Assembly (NCBI GenBank): GCA_001004665.1 | Contig: LCRO01000002.1 | Span: 27,060 to 91,059, forward strand | From: Candidatus Adlerbacteria bacterium GW2011_GWA1_54_10 | GTDB lineage: Bacteria > Patescibacteriota > Minisyncoccia > Phycocordibacterales > SBAW01 | DNA length: 64,000 nucleotides | Reading direction: 5' to 3' | Part shown: positions 19,119 through 29,236 of the stretch, piece after piece | Layout: every line of letters begins with the position of its first letter | Position numbering within the stretch: the stretch's first letter is position 1 | Position numbers and translations under genes: made by a program | Notes under the pieces: generated by a model | What the model was told of the DNA's origin: nothing | Databases searched by the model: none | What the model saw: only the letters and a program-made list of their open reading frames with translations

Positions 19119-19668
19119 AAATCAACAATTAGCCGGTCAGATCGAGGCATTATTGTTTGCACTCGGGAGACCTCTCTCGCGTGCCGAATTGCAAAAACAT
19201 CTCGACGCCGACGTCGGCCAAATAAACGAGTCTATAGAGCGGCTTCGGCGGCGCGACGGAGGAATAACAGTTGTAGACGACGGAAAAATGCTGGAATTGC
19301 GCACCGGCTCTGATGCGGCGGTTTTGATAGAGCGCGTGCGCAGGGAGGAAAACTCGCGCGAGATAGGGAGGGCGGGTCTCGAGGCGCTGACGGCCGTGCT
19401 TTATCGCGGACCGCTTACGCGCAGCGAAATTGACTTCATCCGCGGCGTCAATTCATCGCAAACCTTGCGCACTCTAACCATGCGCGGGCTGGTGCGCCGC
19501 GTACAGAACCCCAAGGACGAGCGTTCGTACCTGTACGAGCCAACGACCGACCTCTTAGGAACCCTCGGAGTCGCAAGCGCAAAAGATCTACCGGACTGGG
19601 AAAACGTCCGGGAAAAATTACAAAAACTCGAAGATGCATACCGCTCTCGCGCGGAGGAACAACAATGA
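19096..19668 (+). CDS. scpB: Segregation/condensation protein B
   Basis: IEALLFA, LEALTAVLYRGPLTRSEIDFIRGVNS. Confidence 0.93.
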   Translation: MDQRPTTENQQLAGQIEALLFALGRPLSRAELQKHLDADVGQINESIERLRRRDGGITVVDDGKMLELRTGSDAAVLIERVRREENSREIGRAGLEALTAVLYRGPLTRSEIDFIRGVNSSQTLRTLTMRGLVRRVQNPKDERSYLYEPTTDLLGTLGVASAKDLPDWENVREKLQKLEDAYRSRAEEQQ

Positions 19669-20528
19669 GACCGCTTCTATCCGCAGTCGCATCCGTGCTG
19701 GCAGTGTTTGTGGCTTTTGTCGCGGGTGTGAGTGCGGTCGCCGACGCGCCGCAGGACACGCCGACAACGGGACAAATAGAACTGGGGTTGGAAAATATCG
19801 AAGCAAGAGCGGCACTGGTCTACGACCCAGCAAGCGGGCGCGTACTGTATCAAAAAAACGCCATAGAGTCTTTGCCTCTCGCGTCGCTCGCCAAGCTCAT
19901 GACCGCGCAGGCAGTGCTCGCCGCTTATCCGGAAAACGCATATTTCCCTATAACGCGCGAGAACTTGCGGCCGGAAGGAGACTCGGGCCTGCGTCCCGGA
20001 GAGCGCCTGACATTGACCGAATTGATTGACCTTGCGCTCGTCGCCTCCAGCAACGACGCCGCGGCCGCGGCGGCCGCGGCGTTCGACGAACCCGCCGTCG
20101 AGCTTAATAAAACCGCGGAACGCCTCGCTCTTACCAAAACACACTTTCTAAACCCGACCGGTCTTGACATAGACGGCGACAGCGCGGGCGCGCGCGGAAG
20201 TGCGTACGACATGGCCCGGCTTGCGGCGGCGTTCTACAAAAAATATCCGACATACTTCGAACAGACAGCCCGCGGGAGCGTGACAGTACAGGCGGCCGGA
20301 CACACCATAGTGGAGGACGCCACCACTGCGCCCCTGCAGAACATTCCGGGCTTTGTCGGAGCAAAAACCGGCTACACCGAGCTTGCGGGCGGCAATCTTG
20401 TAGCCATTGTGGATATGGAGATAGGCAGACCCGTTGTCGCTGTTGTGCTGGGCTCCTCGCGCGAGGGACGATTTAAGGATATAAAGACGCTTATAACCGC
20501 GGCGCGGAATAATTATGGAAAATTTTGA
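19665..20528 (+). CDS. D-alanyl-D-alanine carboxypeptidase (S11)
   Basis: Signal peptide, SLAK, SSN, NPTGL, KTG. Confidence 0.9.
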   Translation: MRPLLSAVASVLAVFVAFVAGVSAVADAPQDTPTTGQIELGLENIEARAALVYDPASGRVLYQKNAIESLPLASLAKLMTAQAVLAAYPENAYFPITRENLRPEGDSGLRPGERLTLTELIDLALVASSNDAAAAAAAAFDEPAVELNKTAERLALTKTHFLNPTGLDIDGDSAGARGSAYDMARLAAAFYKKYPTYFEQTARGSVTVQAAGHTIVEDATTAPLQNIPGFVGAKTGYTELAGGNLVAIVDMEIGRPVVAVVLGSSREGRFKDIKTLITAARNNYGKF

Positions 20529-21567
20529 CGCAATGCGCATATTCATACCGGCGACTATCGCCTTTCTTATAGGCATCGGCATCACGCCCTTTCTTGCACA
20601 CTTTCTCTACCGCAACAGGCTTTGGAAGCAAAAAGCCGGAAAAATTGCGCTCGACGGCAAGCCGGCGGAAGAATTCAACCGCCTGCATGAGAGCCGCGAG
20701 GTCGGAGTGCCGCGCTTCGGCGGGATAGTGGTATGGGCGAGCGTTCTCCTTACGGCTGATCTTCTTGCGGTGCTTGCGCGCGCATTCCCCGAGCCATTCG
20801 CGAATATAGCCTTCATCAGCCGCAACCAGACATGGGTGCCTCTTGCCGCGCTGGCGGCGGGCGCATTTGTCGGATTCCTTGACGACCTCTTCGAGGTTGC
20901 GGGGCGCAAGGGTATGCGCCTGCACTCGCGACTCTTTATGGTCGCCATAGTCGCCCTGCTGTGCGCGTGGTGGTTCTATGACAAGCTTGGCGTAAGCGCG
21001 GTCAATCTGCCGCTTGCCGGCGTGACGGAGCTAGGGATTCTTTTTGTTCCGTTCTTCGTATTGGTGGCCCTTTTCATCTATGCTGGAGGGGTCATTGACG
21101 GTATAGACGGCCTTGCGGGCGGGACGTTCGCTATTATCTTCGCCGCGTATGCGGGAATAGCCTTTTTCCAAAACCAAATGGATATCGCCGCGCTCTCCGC
21201 GACGATATCCGGAGGACTGCTGGCGTTCCTTTGGTTTAACATTCCACCAGCGCGCTTCTATCTTTCCGAAACCGGCACCATGGGCCTTACTTTGGCGCTT
21301 ACGGGCATCGCGTTCCTAACCGACACTTTAGGAGATGGAATGGGGATAGCCGTCCTGCCCGTCATCGGCGTACTTCTCGTTGCCACCGTGGCGTCCAACA
21401 TTATCCAGATTTTCGGAAAGAAAGTTCTCGGCCGGAAAATTTTCCGTATTGCCCCACTGCATCATCATTTCGAGTCCATTGGATGGCCGCCGTACAAAGT
21501 AACAATGCGCTATTGGGTAGTCGGGGTCGTGGCCGCCGTCGCCGGCATGTCCATGGCGCTATTGTAA
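20515..21567 (+). CDS. mraY: Phospho-N-acetylmuramoyl-pentapeptide transferase
   Basis: GFLDD, DGIDGLA, FLWFNIPPA, APLHHHFE. Confidence 0.92.
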   Translation: MENFDAMRIFIPATIAFLIGIGITPFLAHFLYRNRLWKQKAGKIALDGKPAEEFNRLHESREVGVPRFGGIVVWASVLLTADLLAVLARAFPEPFANIAFISRNQTWVPLAALAAGAFVGFLDDLFEVAGRKGMRLHSRLFMVAIVALLCAWWFYDKLGVSAVNLPLAGVTELGILFVPFFVLVALFIYAGGVIDGIDGLAGGTFAIIFAAYAGIAFFQNQMDIAALSATISGGLLAFLWFNIPPARFYLSETGTMGLTLALTGIAFLTDTLGDGMGIAVLPVIGVLLVATVASNIIQIFGKKVLGRKIFRIAPLHHHFESIGWPPYKVTMRYWVVGVVAAVAGMSMALL

Positions 21568-21568
21568 C

Positions 21569-22267
21569 ATGAAGCTCCTTAAAAGTTTCTTGAAATCATG
21601 GCCGAGTTTTCTTGTTCTTGCTCTGGTCCTTGCCGGCCTTTTCATCGTCTTCCGCTACTTCAATGCGGAAAACATAAACGCTTTTATCGAGCGTGCCGGC
21701 TTATGGGCGCCTCTCGCGCTTATTGCCGCCAAAGCCTCAACCATAGTCATCGCGCCACTGGGCGGAGCGCCGCTTTATCCGCTCTCCGGCGCGCTCTTCG
21801 GATTTTGGAAAGGATATCTATACTTAATATTGGGGGACACACTAGGAATTACCATAGCCTTTTTCTTGAGCCGCACATATGGGCGGCGCATAGTGGATTA
21901 CTTTTTCCCGGATCACAAACTGGTAAACCGCGTTCTACACGCTCTTGGCACCACCAAAGGGCTTGTCATTGCGCAAATCTCCTTCATATCCTTTCCGGAA
22001 CTGGTATGTTATGCCGCGGGGCTTACACGCGTCGCATTTTTGCCATTTATACTTATCACGACGTCCGTGAGCATTGTGCCGCGCGGGATACTGGTAGCAC
22101 TCGGCACTCTGCTGACCGACGGCAGAAACTCCTTTGTATTCGTGGGGCTTGGTGTTGCGGCCATGGGCGTGCTCGGGCTCGGGACGCTCCTCTTCTCGCG
22201 CTACATGCGCACTCTAAATCCAGATCTTCGCGTTACAATGGGAAATAATGACAACAAAATCGGTTGA
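21569..22267 (+). CDS. DedA/VTT (TVP38) family membrane protein
   Basis: SGALFGFWKG, IAFFLSRTYGR, YAAGLT. Confidence 0.8.
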   Translation: MKLLKSFLKSWPSFLVLALVLAGLFIVFRYFNAENINAFIERAGLWAPLALIAAKASTIVIAPLGGAPLYPLSGALFGFWKGYLYLILGDTLGITIAFFLSRTYGRRIVDYFFPDHKLVNRVLHALGTTKGLVIAQISFISFPELVCYAAGLTRVAFLPFILITTSVSIVPRGILVALGTLLTDGRNSFVFVGLGVAAMGVLGLGTLLFSRYMRTLNPDLRVTMGNNDNKIG

Positions 22268-23345
22268 TACTCCTTTCCTTCTAACGACTTGCGCGCTAGT
22301 CCTGTTCGGCCTCCTTATATTCTCTTCCGCGGCGCTTGGCCTGCTTGCACGAGACGGCGCGAGCTTCACCTCGGTTGCGGTGTCGCAACTTTTGCTCGGA
22401 CTCCTGCTTGGCGGAATATTGCTTACTGCGCTTTCGCGCATTGATTATCGCTGCCTGCGCCCGTATACGCCATACTTTTTTGCGCTTGCAGTAGGGCTTA
22501 CGGCGCTTACTTTCATCCCCGGAGTCGGGGTCGAGATAAAAGGAGCGTCGCGATGGCTGAAATTGGGGCCTGTGACCTTCCAGCCCGAGGAGGCCCTTAA
22601 ATTTGCCGCGGTCGCGCTCCTTGCGGGTGTATATGCGTCGAATATCAAAAGGGTATCGTCCCTGCGGGGCGGCATAGCGCCGCTTGGGGCTATCGGCGGA
22701 TCTGCCGCACTGCTTCTTCTGCTTCAGCCCTCGACGGACGGGGCAGTCATGGTCGGCCTTGCGTGCGCGGCGATGCTTTTTGCCGCCGGCGGGCGCATCA
22801 GGCATTTATTGTTCCTGGCACTTGTCGGCGCATTACTGCTGACCGGGGCCGTATACCAAAGTTCCTATCTCAAAGCGCGGTTACATACCTTCTTCAACCA
22901 GTCACAAGATCCGCAGGGAGCCGGTTGGCACATACAGCAGTCGCTTATAGCGGTGGGCTCCGGAGAGTTCTTCGGAAAGGGCTTCGGGCAAAGCATCGAA
23001 AAATTTTCTTATTTGCCGGAGCCGATAGGGGATTCGATCTTCGCCGTCGCCGCGGAGGAATTCGGCTTCGTCGGCTCGATCGCGCTTGTTCTGCTGTATG
23101 CCGGAGTCGCACTGCTCGGACTGCGCATAGCGGCGCGCGCGCCGGACCCGTTTGGTGGACTCTTGACCGTCGGACTTGTCATGCTGATAATCGGGCAATC
23201 ATTCATGAACATAGCCTCGACTTTGGGACTGATACCCATTTCCGGCCTGCCGCTTATATTCGTTTCCCACGGCGGCACCGCCCTTATGATCGCGCTCGCC
23301 GAAGTTGGGGTAATATTAAGCGTATCCAGGAGGATGAAGATTTAA
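22248..23345 (+). CDS. ftsW: SEDS peptidoglycan polymerase FtsW
   Basis: GASRW, FQPEE, AVGSG..GKG, YLPEP..DSIF, GLPLIFVSHGG; upstream of murG. Confidence 0.9.
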   Translation: MTTKSVDTPFLLTTCALVLFGLLIFSSAALGLLARDGASFTSVAVSQLLLGLLLGGILLTALSRIDYRCLRPYTPYFFALAVGLTALTFIPGVGVEIKGASRWLKLGPVTFQPEEALKFAAVALLAGVYASNIKRVSSLRGGIAPLGAIGGSAALLLLLQPSTDGAVMVGLACAAMLFAAGGRIRHLLFLALVGALLLTGAVYQSSYLKARLHTFFNQSQDPQGAGWHIQQSLIAVGSGEFFGKGFGQSIEKFSYLPEPIGDSIFAVAAEEFGFVGSIALVLLYAGVALLGLRIAARAPDPFGGLLTVGLVMLIIGQSFMNIASTLGLIPISGLPLIFVSHGGTALMIALAEVGVILSVSRRMKI

Positions 23346-23358
23346 TGACGCAAATGCA

Positions 23359-24486
23359 ATGAAGATCTTGTTTACCGGAGGGGGAAGCGGAGGGCACTTT
23401 TACCCGATAATCGCGGTTGCGGAGGCAGTAAACGACTCTGTGCGCGAACGCAAACTGCTTGAGCCGCAATTGTACTACGCCGCGCCGGACCCGTACGATC
23501 GTGAGATGCTTCTTGCGAACGACATAAAATTCATCCCGACCGCGGCCGGTAAGATGCGCAGATACTTTTCCATCCTCAACTTTTTCGATTACTTCAAAAC
23601 CGGATGGGGGATATTCCGCGCCATACTGCGAATTTTTTTTCTTTATCCAGATGTCGTATTCGGCAAGGGAGGGTACGCTAGCTTCCCGACCCTGCTTGCG
23701 GCGCGGCTTTTCAGAATACCCATCGTCATACATGAGAGTGATGCCGAGCCGGGGCGTGTAAACAAGTGGGCGGGAAAATTCGCGCAAAAAATAGCGGTCT
23801 CTTTCGTCGAGGCGGCGAAATTCTTCCCGCAAGAAAAGGTCGCGCACACCGGAAACCCTATACGTAAAGCGGCGCTCCTTCCCGCGCGCGAGGGAATGTT
23901 CGAATTCCTTAAACTGCGCCGCGATTTGCCGGTAATCTTGGTGACTGGAGGCTCCTTGGGCGCGCAGGCTATAAACGAAGCGGTGCTTGCGGCACTGCCG
24001 GAATTGCTAAAAAAATATCAGGTAGTGCATCAGTGCGGCGAGCAGAACATAGCCGACATGCGCGCTCGCGCAAAAGTGGTGCTTGGGGATCCCGACCTTT
24101 TGGAGCGCTATAAGCCTTTCGGATATCTTAACGACCTTGCCGTGCGTATGAGCGCGGGCGCGGCAAGCCTCGTTATCTCGCGCGCGGGCTCGACAATATT
24201 CGAGATAGCGGCGTGGGGGCTGCCCTCGATAGTCATTCCACTGCCAAATTCGGCAGAAGACCATCAGACCAAAAATGCATTTGCCTATGCGCGCGCGGGC
24301 GCGTGCGTAGTTATAGAGCAGAATAATATGACTCCCGGCCTCCTCGTCTCCGAGATAGGACGGATACTAAGCGACAACGAGCTCTCGCATAAAATGGGCG
24401 CGGCCGCGCGCTCATTCTCGCGCGCGGACTCCGCCGCTCTCATAGCCGGTGTCCTCCTCGACATCACCCTCTCCCACGAGCGGTAA
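23359..24486 (+). CDS. murG: Lipid II GlcNAc transferase MurG
   Basis: GGGSGGHFYP, KGGYAS, HESD, TGNPIR, GGSLGA, SRAG, HQTKNA. Confidence 0.95.
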   Translation: MKILFTGGGSGGHFYPIIAVAEAVNDSVRERKLLEPQLYYAAPDPYDREMLLANDIKFIPTAAGKMRRYFSILNFFDYFKTGWGIFRAILRIFFLYPDVVFGKGGYASFPTLLAARLFRIPIVIHESDAEPGRVNKWAGKFAQKIAVSFVEAAKFFPQEKVAHTGNPIRKAALLPAREGMFEFLKLRRDLPVILVTGGSLGAQAINEAVLAALPELLKKYQVVHQCGEQNIADMRARAKVVLGDPDLLERYKPFGYLNDLAVRMSAGAASLVISRAGSTIFEIAAWGLPSIVIPLPNSAEDHQTKNAFAYARAGACVVIEQNNMTPGLLVSEIGRILSDNELSHKMGAAARSFSRADSAALIAGVLLDITLSHER

Positions 24487-24504
24487 ATTTGGTAGACTTC
24501 AGAA

Positions 24505-25827
24505 ATGTACGAAAAAGTAGTAACGCGGTTTGCGCCGAGCCCGACTGGGAATTTGAACATTGGCGGTGTGCGGGCAGGGATATTCGCTTATCTATTTGCG
24601 CGGCACAACGGAGGGCAATTTATCTTACGCATCGAGGACACGGATAAAGAACGCTCCAAAAAAGAGTACGAGGACAATATTATCGACTCGCTAAAGTGGC
24701 TCGGGCTCGAGTACGACAATTTCTACCGCCAAAGCGACAATGCCGCGCGACACGAGGAGCTGTTGCGTAAACTTATCGCGGAAGGAAAAGCCTACATATC
24801 CAAAGAAGAAGACGGGAATGGGCGAGTCGAAGTGATACGATTCAAAAATCCAAACAAAGAAATAACTTTTACCGACACCGTACACGGCAAGATAACATTC
24901 GACACAACGGAGCTCAAGGATTTTGTTATTGCAAAAAGCTTTATCGAGCCCGTGTTCCATTTTGCAGTCGTGGTGGACGACGCTGACGAGGGTGTAACGC
25001 ACGTCATACGCGGAGCGGACCATATCTCAAATACGCCGCGCCAAATGCTCATAAGGGAGGCTCTCGGCATTCCGCATCCGGAGTATGCGCATCTGCCGCT
25101 CATCGTATCGAGCGACCGCAGCAAGCTCTCCAAGCGCAAGGGAGCCAAGGCGCTTAGCGAATATCGCGATTTGGGGTTCTTGCCGGAGGCTATACTAAAT
25201 TACGATGCATTTCTGGGGTGGCATCCCGAGGGAGAGCGGGAAATCTATTCCAAGAAGGAAATGGCGCGGAAGTTTACGCTCGAGAGGGTTCAAAAAAGCC
25301 CAGCGATGTTTGACGAGGCGAAACTTCTCTGGTTTAACGCACAGCATATAAAAAAACTTTCGGACGAGGAGTTTTCAAAACGGCTCGCGGAGTATGCCCT
25401 CGGCTATGGCTCTACGGGCGAGGCAAAGGACGAGTTCGACCGCCGGCTTGTGCCGCTCATAAAAGAGCGCGCGCAAACGCTGTCGGAGGCTAAGGAACTT
25501 TTGCGCGAATACGATTTTTTGGCCAGAGTTTCCGTCGGCACCAACATGCTCCTGCAGAACGGAAAAATAGAAAAGCAAACCGCGTCGAGACACTTGCAGG
25601 CCGCGACGAAGCTTTTAGAAGATGTTAACGATGAGGATTTCACTCCGGAAAAAATCAAAAATGTGATTTTTCCTTACGCGACAGAGCACGGCAGGGGAGA
25701 GGTGCTTTGGCCTATGCGCGTCGCACTCTCCGGCAGGGAAAAATCTCCGGACCCATTTACCATTGCATCTATGCTTGGCAAGAAAGAGACGCTTAAGCGC
25801 ATTGCTAGCGCCGCAGAGGCGCTATAA
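24505..25827 (+). CDS. gltX: Glutamate--tRNA ligase
   Basis: RFAPSPTG, RIEDTD, HVIRG.DH, KLSKR. Confidence 0.95.
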   Translation: MYEKVVTRFAPSPTGNLNIGGVRAGIFAYLFARHNGGQFILRIEDTDKERSKKEYEDNIIDSLKWLGLEYDNFYRQSDNAARHEELLRKLIAEGKAYISKEEDGNGRVEVIRFKNPNKEITFTDTVHGKITFDTTELKDFVIAKSFIEPVFHFAVVVDDADEGVTHVIRGADHISNTPRQMLIREALGIPHPEYAHLPLIVSSDRSKLSKRKGAKALSEYRDLGFLPEAILNYDAFLGWHPEGEREIYSKKEMARKFTLERVQKSPAMFDEAKLLWFNAQHIKKLSDEEFSKRLAEYALGYGSTGEAKDEFDRRLVPLIKERAQTLSEAKELLREYDFLARVSVGTNMLLQNGKIEKQTASRHLQAATKLLEDVNDEDFTPEKIKNVIFPYATEHGRGEVLWPMRVALSGREKSPDPFTIASMLGKKETLKRIASAAEAL

Positions 25828-25837
25828 AATGTAATAA

Positions 25838-27106
25838 ATGGCGCGATTTCTTCTGCTTGCACTGTTTCTGCTCTTGCCCGTTTGGGCCATTGCCCAAACA
25901 CCGGAAGAGATCCAGCAAAGCATAGAAAAAAGCAACGCCGAGATAGAGCGCCTTCGGCAGGAGATAGCGGTGCTACAGCGCGACTTAAATGCCGTAGGCG
26001 AGCAGAAACAAACTCTACAAAGCGCCATAAAAGGGATCGACCTGCAGGTACAAAAGCTGACCAAAAGCATCGCGCTTACCAACGCGCAGATAGCGCAAAA
26101 GGACCGCGAGATACGCGCTCTTGCGGGCGACATCACGGAAACCGGCGCTGATATCATACAGTCGCAGGGCGGTGTCGCGGAGTCCCTGCGCGAGCTGGAC
26201 AAATTGGACCGCGAGCCACTGGCCGGGCTTCTGCTCGAAGGAGTTTCGCTCTCCGCACTTTTTGACCAGGCAGCCACTCTCTCCTCAATGCGCTCGCAGC
26301 TGCAAAATCGCATCGAGGACCTCTCCGCGCTCAAGACGAATCTTCAGGATACAAAGACAAACGCCGAAAACAAACGCCGCGAGCTTGCTAATCTGCAGAG
26401 CAAACTCTCGCAGGAAAAGCAGGGTCTCACTTTGGCTCGCGCGGAGCAAAATAAATTACTTGCGGAAACTAAAAACAAAGAAAGCAATTACCAGGCGCTT
26501 ATCACTCAAAAGAGAGAGGAGGAAGAGCGGTTCGAGCGGCAGTTGCGCGCCTTTGAAGAGCAGCTCGGGCTCTCTGTTCCGGCAGGAAGTATCCCCACGC
26601 CGCGACCGGGCGTTCTACAGTGGCCGGTCGCGGCGCCTCATATAACGCAGTATTTCGGTAACACACCATTCGCGACCGCAAATCCACAGATCTACGGCAA
26701 CCGCGGGCACAATGCGATAGACTTGCGCGCTGCGCCCGGAACGCCTATATTCTCCGCGCGCGGGGGAGTGGTCGCGGGTACGGGAAACACCGACCTCACC
26801 TGTCCTAATGCCTCGTACGGTAAATGGGTATTCGTCGAGCATGATAACGGGCTCTCAACACTCTACGCGCACCTCTCTCAAATTTCTGTCTCGCAAGGGC
26901 AGGCGGTCGGCGCGGCGCAGACTATAGGATTTTCCGGCTCGACTGGCTATGCAACAGGTCCGCACCTGCATTTTGGCGTTTATGCAACCGGCGGAGCCAA
27001 AATTACCTCCTTTCCGTCACAGTCATGCAGGGGCAGAACTTACACAATGCCCGTGGCCGACCAGACCGCGTACTTAAACCCGCTTTCGTATCTTCCCACA
27101 CTATAA
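25838..27106 (+). CDS. Secreted coiled-coil M23 peptidase (EnvC/CwlO-like)
   Basis: Signal peptide, long coiled coil, HNAID, YAHL, TGPHLH. Confidence 0.9.
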   Translation: MARFLLLALFLLLPVWAIAQTPEEIQQSIEKSNAEIERLRQEIAVLQRDLNAVGEQKQTLQSAIKGIDLQVQKLTKSIALTNAQIAQKDREIRALAGDITETGADIIQSQGGVAESLRELDKLDREPLAGLLLEGVSLSALFDQAATLSSMRSQLQNRIEDLSALKTNLQDTKTNAENKRRELANLQSKLSQEKQGLTLARAEQNKLLAETKNKESNYQALITQKREEEERFERQLRAFEEQLGLSVPAGSIPTPRPGVLQWPVAAPHITQYFGNTPFATANPQIYGNRGHNAIDLRAAPGTPIFSARGGVVAGTGNTDLTCPNASYGKWVFVEHDNGLSTLYAHLSQISVSQGQAVGAAQTIGFSGSTGYATGPHLHFGVYATGGAKITSFPSQSCRGRTYTMPVADQTAYLNPLSYLPTL

Positions 27107-27118
27107 AAAACGACGGGA

Positions 27119-27153
27119 TTGACAGCGGTCTACCATTGTATATACTTTGGTAG
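27119..27153 (+). promoter_or_regulatory. TA operon promoter with palindromic operator
   Basis: TTGACA-16 nt-TATACT; imperfect palindrome ctacca-tt-gtat|atac-tt-tggtag (27130-27153) overlaps the -10. Confidence 0.65.
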
Positions 27154-27154
27154 T

Positions 27155-27436
27155 ATGAAAACCGTTATCAGTATAAAAGTAGACAAAAATGTACGGGACA
27201 GGGCGCGGAACGTCGCACGCAAGCTTGGCGTGCCTCTTTCTTTGGTGGTAAACTCTCAATTGCGCCGTTTCGCGGATGAACAACGCATCGTAATTGCCGC
27301 GCCGCTTGTTCCAAATTCAAAAACCAAGAAAATTCTGGACGAAGCGATTCAAGATATACGAGAAAACAAGCATGGCAAATTTTCTCCACTGTTTGAAAAT
27401 GCCAAAGACGCTGTCAAGTGGCTTCATTCCAAGTAA
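27155..27436 (+). CDS. RelB/DinJ-like antitoxin
   Basis: RHH-like N-terminus (KTVISIKVD..LGVPLS), directly upstream of toxin. Confidence 0.75.
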   Translation: MKTVISIKVDKNVRDRARNVARKLGVPLSLVVNSQLRRFADEQRIVIAAPLVPNSKTKKILDEAIQDIRENKHGKFSPLFENAKDAVKWLHSK

Positions 27437-27439
27437 TTC

Positions 27440-27703
27440 ATGCTTGTATTATTCTCGACAGTGTTTAAAAAACAGTACAAAAAACTGCCGCACCCGATTC
27501 AAAAAAAATTCAACGAGCGTTTCGGGCTTTTTATTTCAAATCCATTCCATCCGTTGCTTGGTAACCACCCTCTCAAAGGCGATTATGCCAGTTGTCAAAG
27601 CATTAACATAACAGGCAATTATCGCGCAATTTTTTACGAGGAGAGAACCGGCTTTGTACGTTTTATATCCATCGGCACTCACTCCGGACTATACAGAAAA
27701 TAA
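27440..27703 (+). CDS. RelE/YafQ family mRNA interferase toxin
   Basis: FKKQYKKL, NHPLKG, SINITGNYRAI, IGTH. Confidence 0.85.
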   Translation: MLVLFSTVFKKQYKKLPHPIQKKFNERFGLFISNPFHPLLGNHPLKGDYASCQSINITGNYRAIFYEERTGFVRFISIGTHSGLYRK

Positions 27704-27731
27704 ACAGGTAGTTTGCTATAATGGGCGTTTC

Positions 27732-28466
27732 ATGCCTGCGGTATCGGTCAAAAATTTGCGCAAAGTTTATCAAGGAGGCGCAGAGGCGCTTAGGGGGGTT
27801 ACGTTGGAAGTGGAAGAGGGGGATTTTTTTGCGCTTCTAGGACCGAACGGCGCCGGAAAGACTACGCTTATTGGAATCGTTACCAGTCTTATAAACAAAA
27901 CAAGTGGGGAAGTATCGGTGTTCGACATGGATATCGACAAGAACCGCTCGCTGGCCAAGACCTGTATCGGCCTCGTGCCGCAGGAATTCAACTTCAATAT
28001 TTTTGAAAAAGTTGAGGACATTATTACGACACAGGCGGGATATTATGGCATCCCGCTTGTTCAGGCAAAAAAAGACGCCGAGCCTATTTTAAAAGACCTT
28101 GGACTTTGGGAGAAAAAAGGCGAAACTTCGCAAAATCTATCGGGAGGCATGAAGCGCCGCCTTATGATCGCGCGCGCTCTTATACACCATCCAAAATTGC
28201 TCATACTCGACGAGCCGACGGCCGGAGTGGACGTCGAAATGAGGCACTCGATGTGGAATTTTTTGCGCCGCATCAATGCGGAAGGCACGACCATAATACT
28301 TACCACGCACTATTTGGAGGAGGCCGAACAGCTCTCGCGCAATGTCGCGATAATCAACAAAGGAACTATTCTCGTAAACGAGCCCACAAAGCAGCTGCTC
28401 GCGCGCTACGGCGAAAAAAATCTCGAGCAGATATACCTAGACCTAATAAAAGCGGAGAATATATGA
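27732..28466 (+). CDS. ABC-2 transporter ATPase (YadG-like)
   Basis: GPNGAGKT, VPQEFN, LSGGMKRR, LDEPTAG. Confidence 0.9.
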   Translation: MPAVSVKNLRKVYQGGAEALRGVTLEVEEGDFFALLGPNGAGKTTLIGIVTSLINKTSGEVSVFDMDIDKNRSLAKTCIGLVPQEFNFNIFEKVEDIITTQAGYYGIPLVQAKKDAEPILKDLGLWEKKGETSQNLSGGMKRRLMIARALIHHPKLLILDEPTAGVDVEMRHSMWNFLRRINAEGTTIILTTHYLEEAEQLSRNVAIINKGTILVNEPTKQLLARYGEKNLEQIYLDLIKAENI

Positions 28467-29236
28467 CACCTTACCAAATCTGGATATCATACTCGACAAT
28501 TATGCGCAAAGAGTTCGTGCGCATTATGCGCATCTGGTCGCAGACGCTCCTGCCGCCGGTCATTACTTCGTCTCTATACTTTATCGTCTTTGGCGGTTTT
28601 ATCGGCTCGCAACTAGCACCAATCGACGGTTATTCGTACATGCAGTTTATCGTGCCCGGGCTTATAATGATGTCTGTCATCACCAGCGCCTATACGAATA
28701 CGGTTTCGACTTTTTATTTTGCGAAGTTTGTCCGCAATATAGAGGAAATTCTGGTGTCGCCCACTCCAGACTGGGTTGTTGTCGCAGGTTTTGTAAGCGG
28801 GGGAGTGATGCGCGGGCTTATGGTCGGCGCTCTGGTGCTTGTAGTATCGCTCTTCTTTACGCATTTGGCTATTTTCAACATTGCAGTCTTGCTTGCAGTT
28901 ATCTTGCTTACTGCGATACTTTTTTCGCTTGCGGGGCTTATAAACGGCGTCTTTGCCAAAGGATTCGACGGAATATCCATCGTGCCGACTTTTGTGCTTA
29001 CTCCGCTGACCTACCTGGGCGGAATATTTTATTCGATAGAGCAGTTCCCCCAATTCTGGCAGAATGTTTCGCTTGCGAACCCGATTCTCTACATGGTCAA
29101 CGCCTTTCGCTACGGATTCCTCGGCATTACCGACATCTCGCTGTGGATTTGTTTTGCGGTATTGCTGGGCATGTCTCTGTTTTTTATCCTTGTCGTCCTT
29201 TACCTGTTCCGCGAGGGGATAGGAGTTAAACATTAA
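28463..29236 (+). CDS. ABC-2 transporter permease (YadH-like)
   Basis: RIWSQTLLPP, FIVPGLIMM, NPILYMVNAFRYG; start MTPYQ at 28463. Confidence 0.9.
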   Translation: MTPYQIWISYSTIMRKEFVRIMRIWSQTLLPPVITSSLYFIVFGGFIGSQLAPIDGYSYMQFIVPGLIMMSVITSAYTNTVSTFYFAKFVRNIEEILVSPTPDWVVVAGFVSGGVMRGLMVGALVLVVSLFFTHLAIFNIAVLLAVILLTAILFSLAGLINGVFAKGFDGISIVPTFVLTPLTYLGGIFYSIEQFPQFWQNVSLANPILYMVNAFRYGFLGITDISLWICFAVLLGMSLFFILVVLYLFREGIGVKH

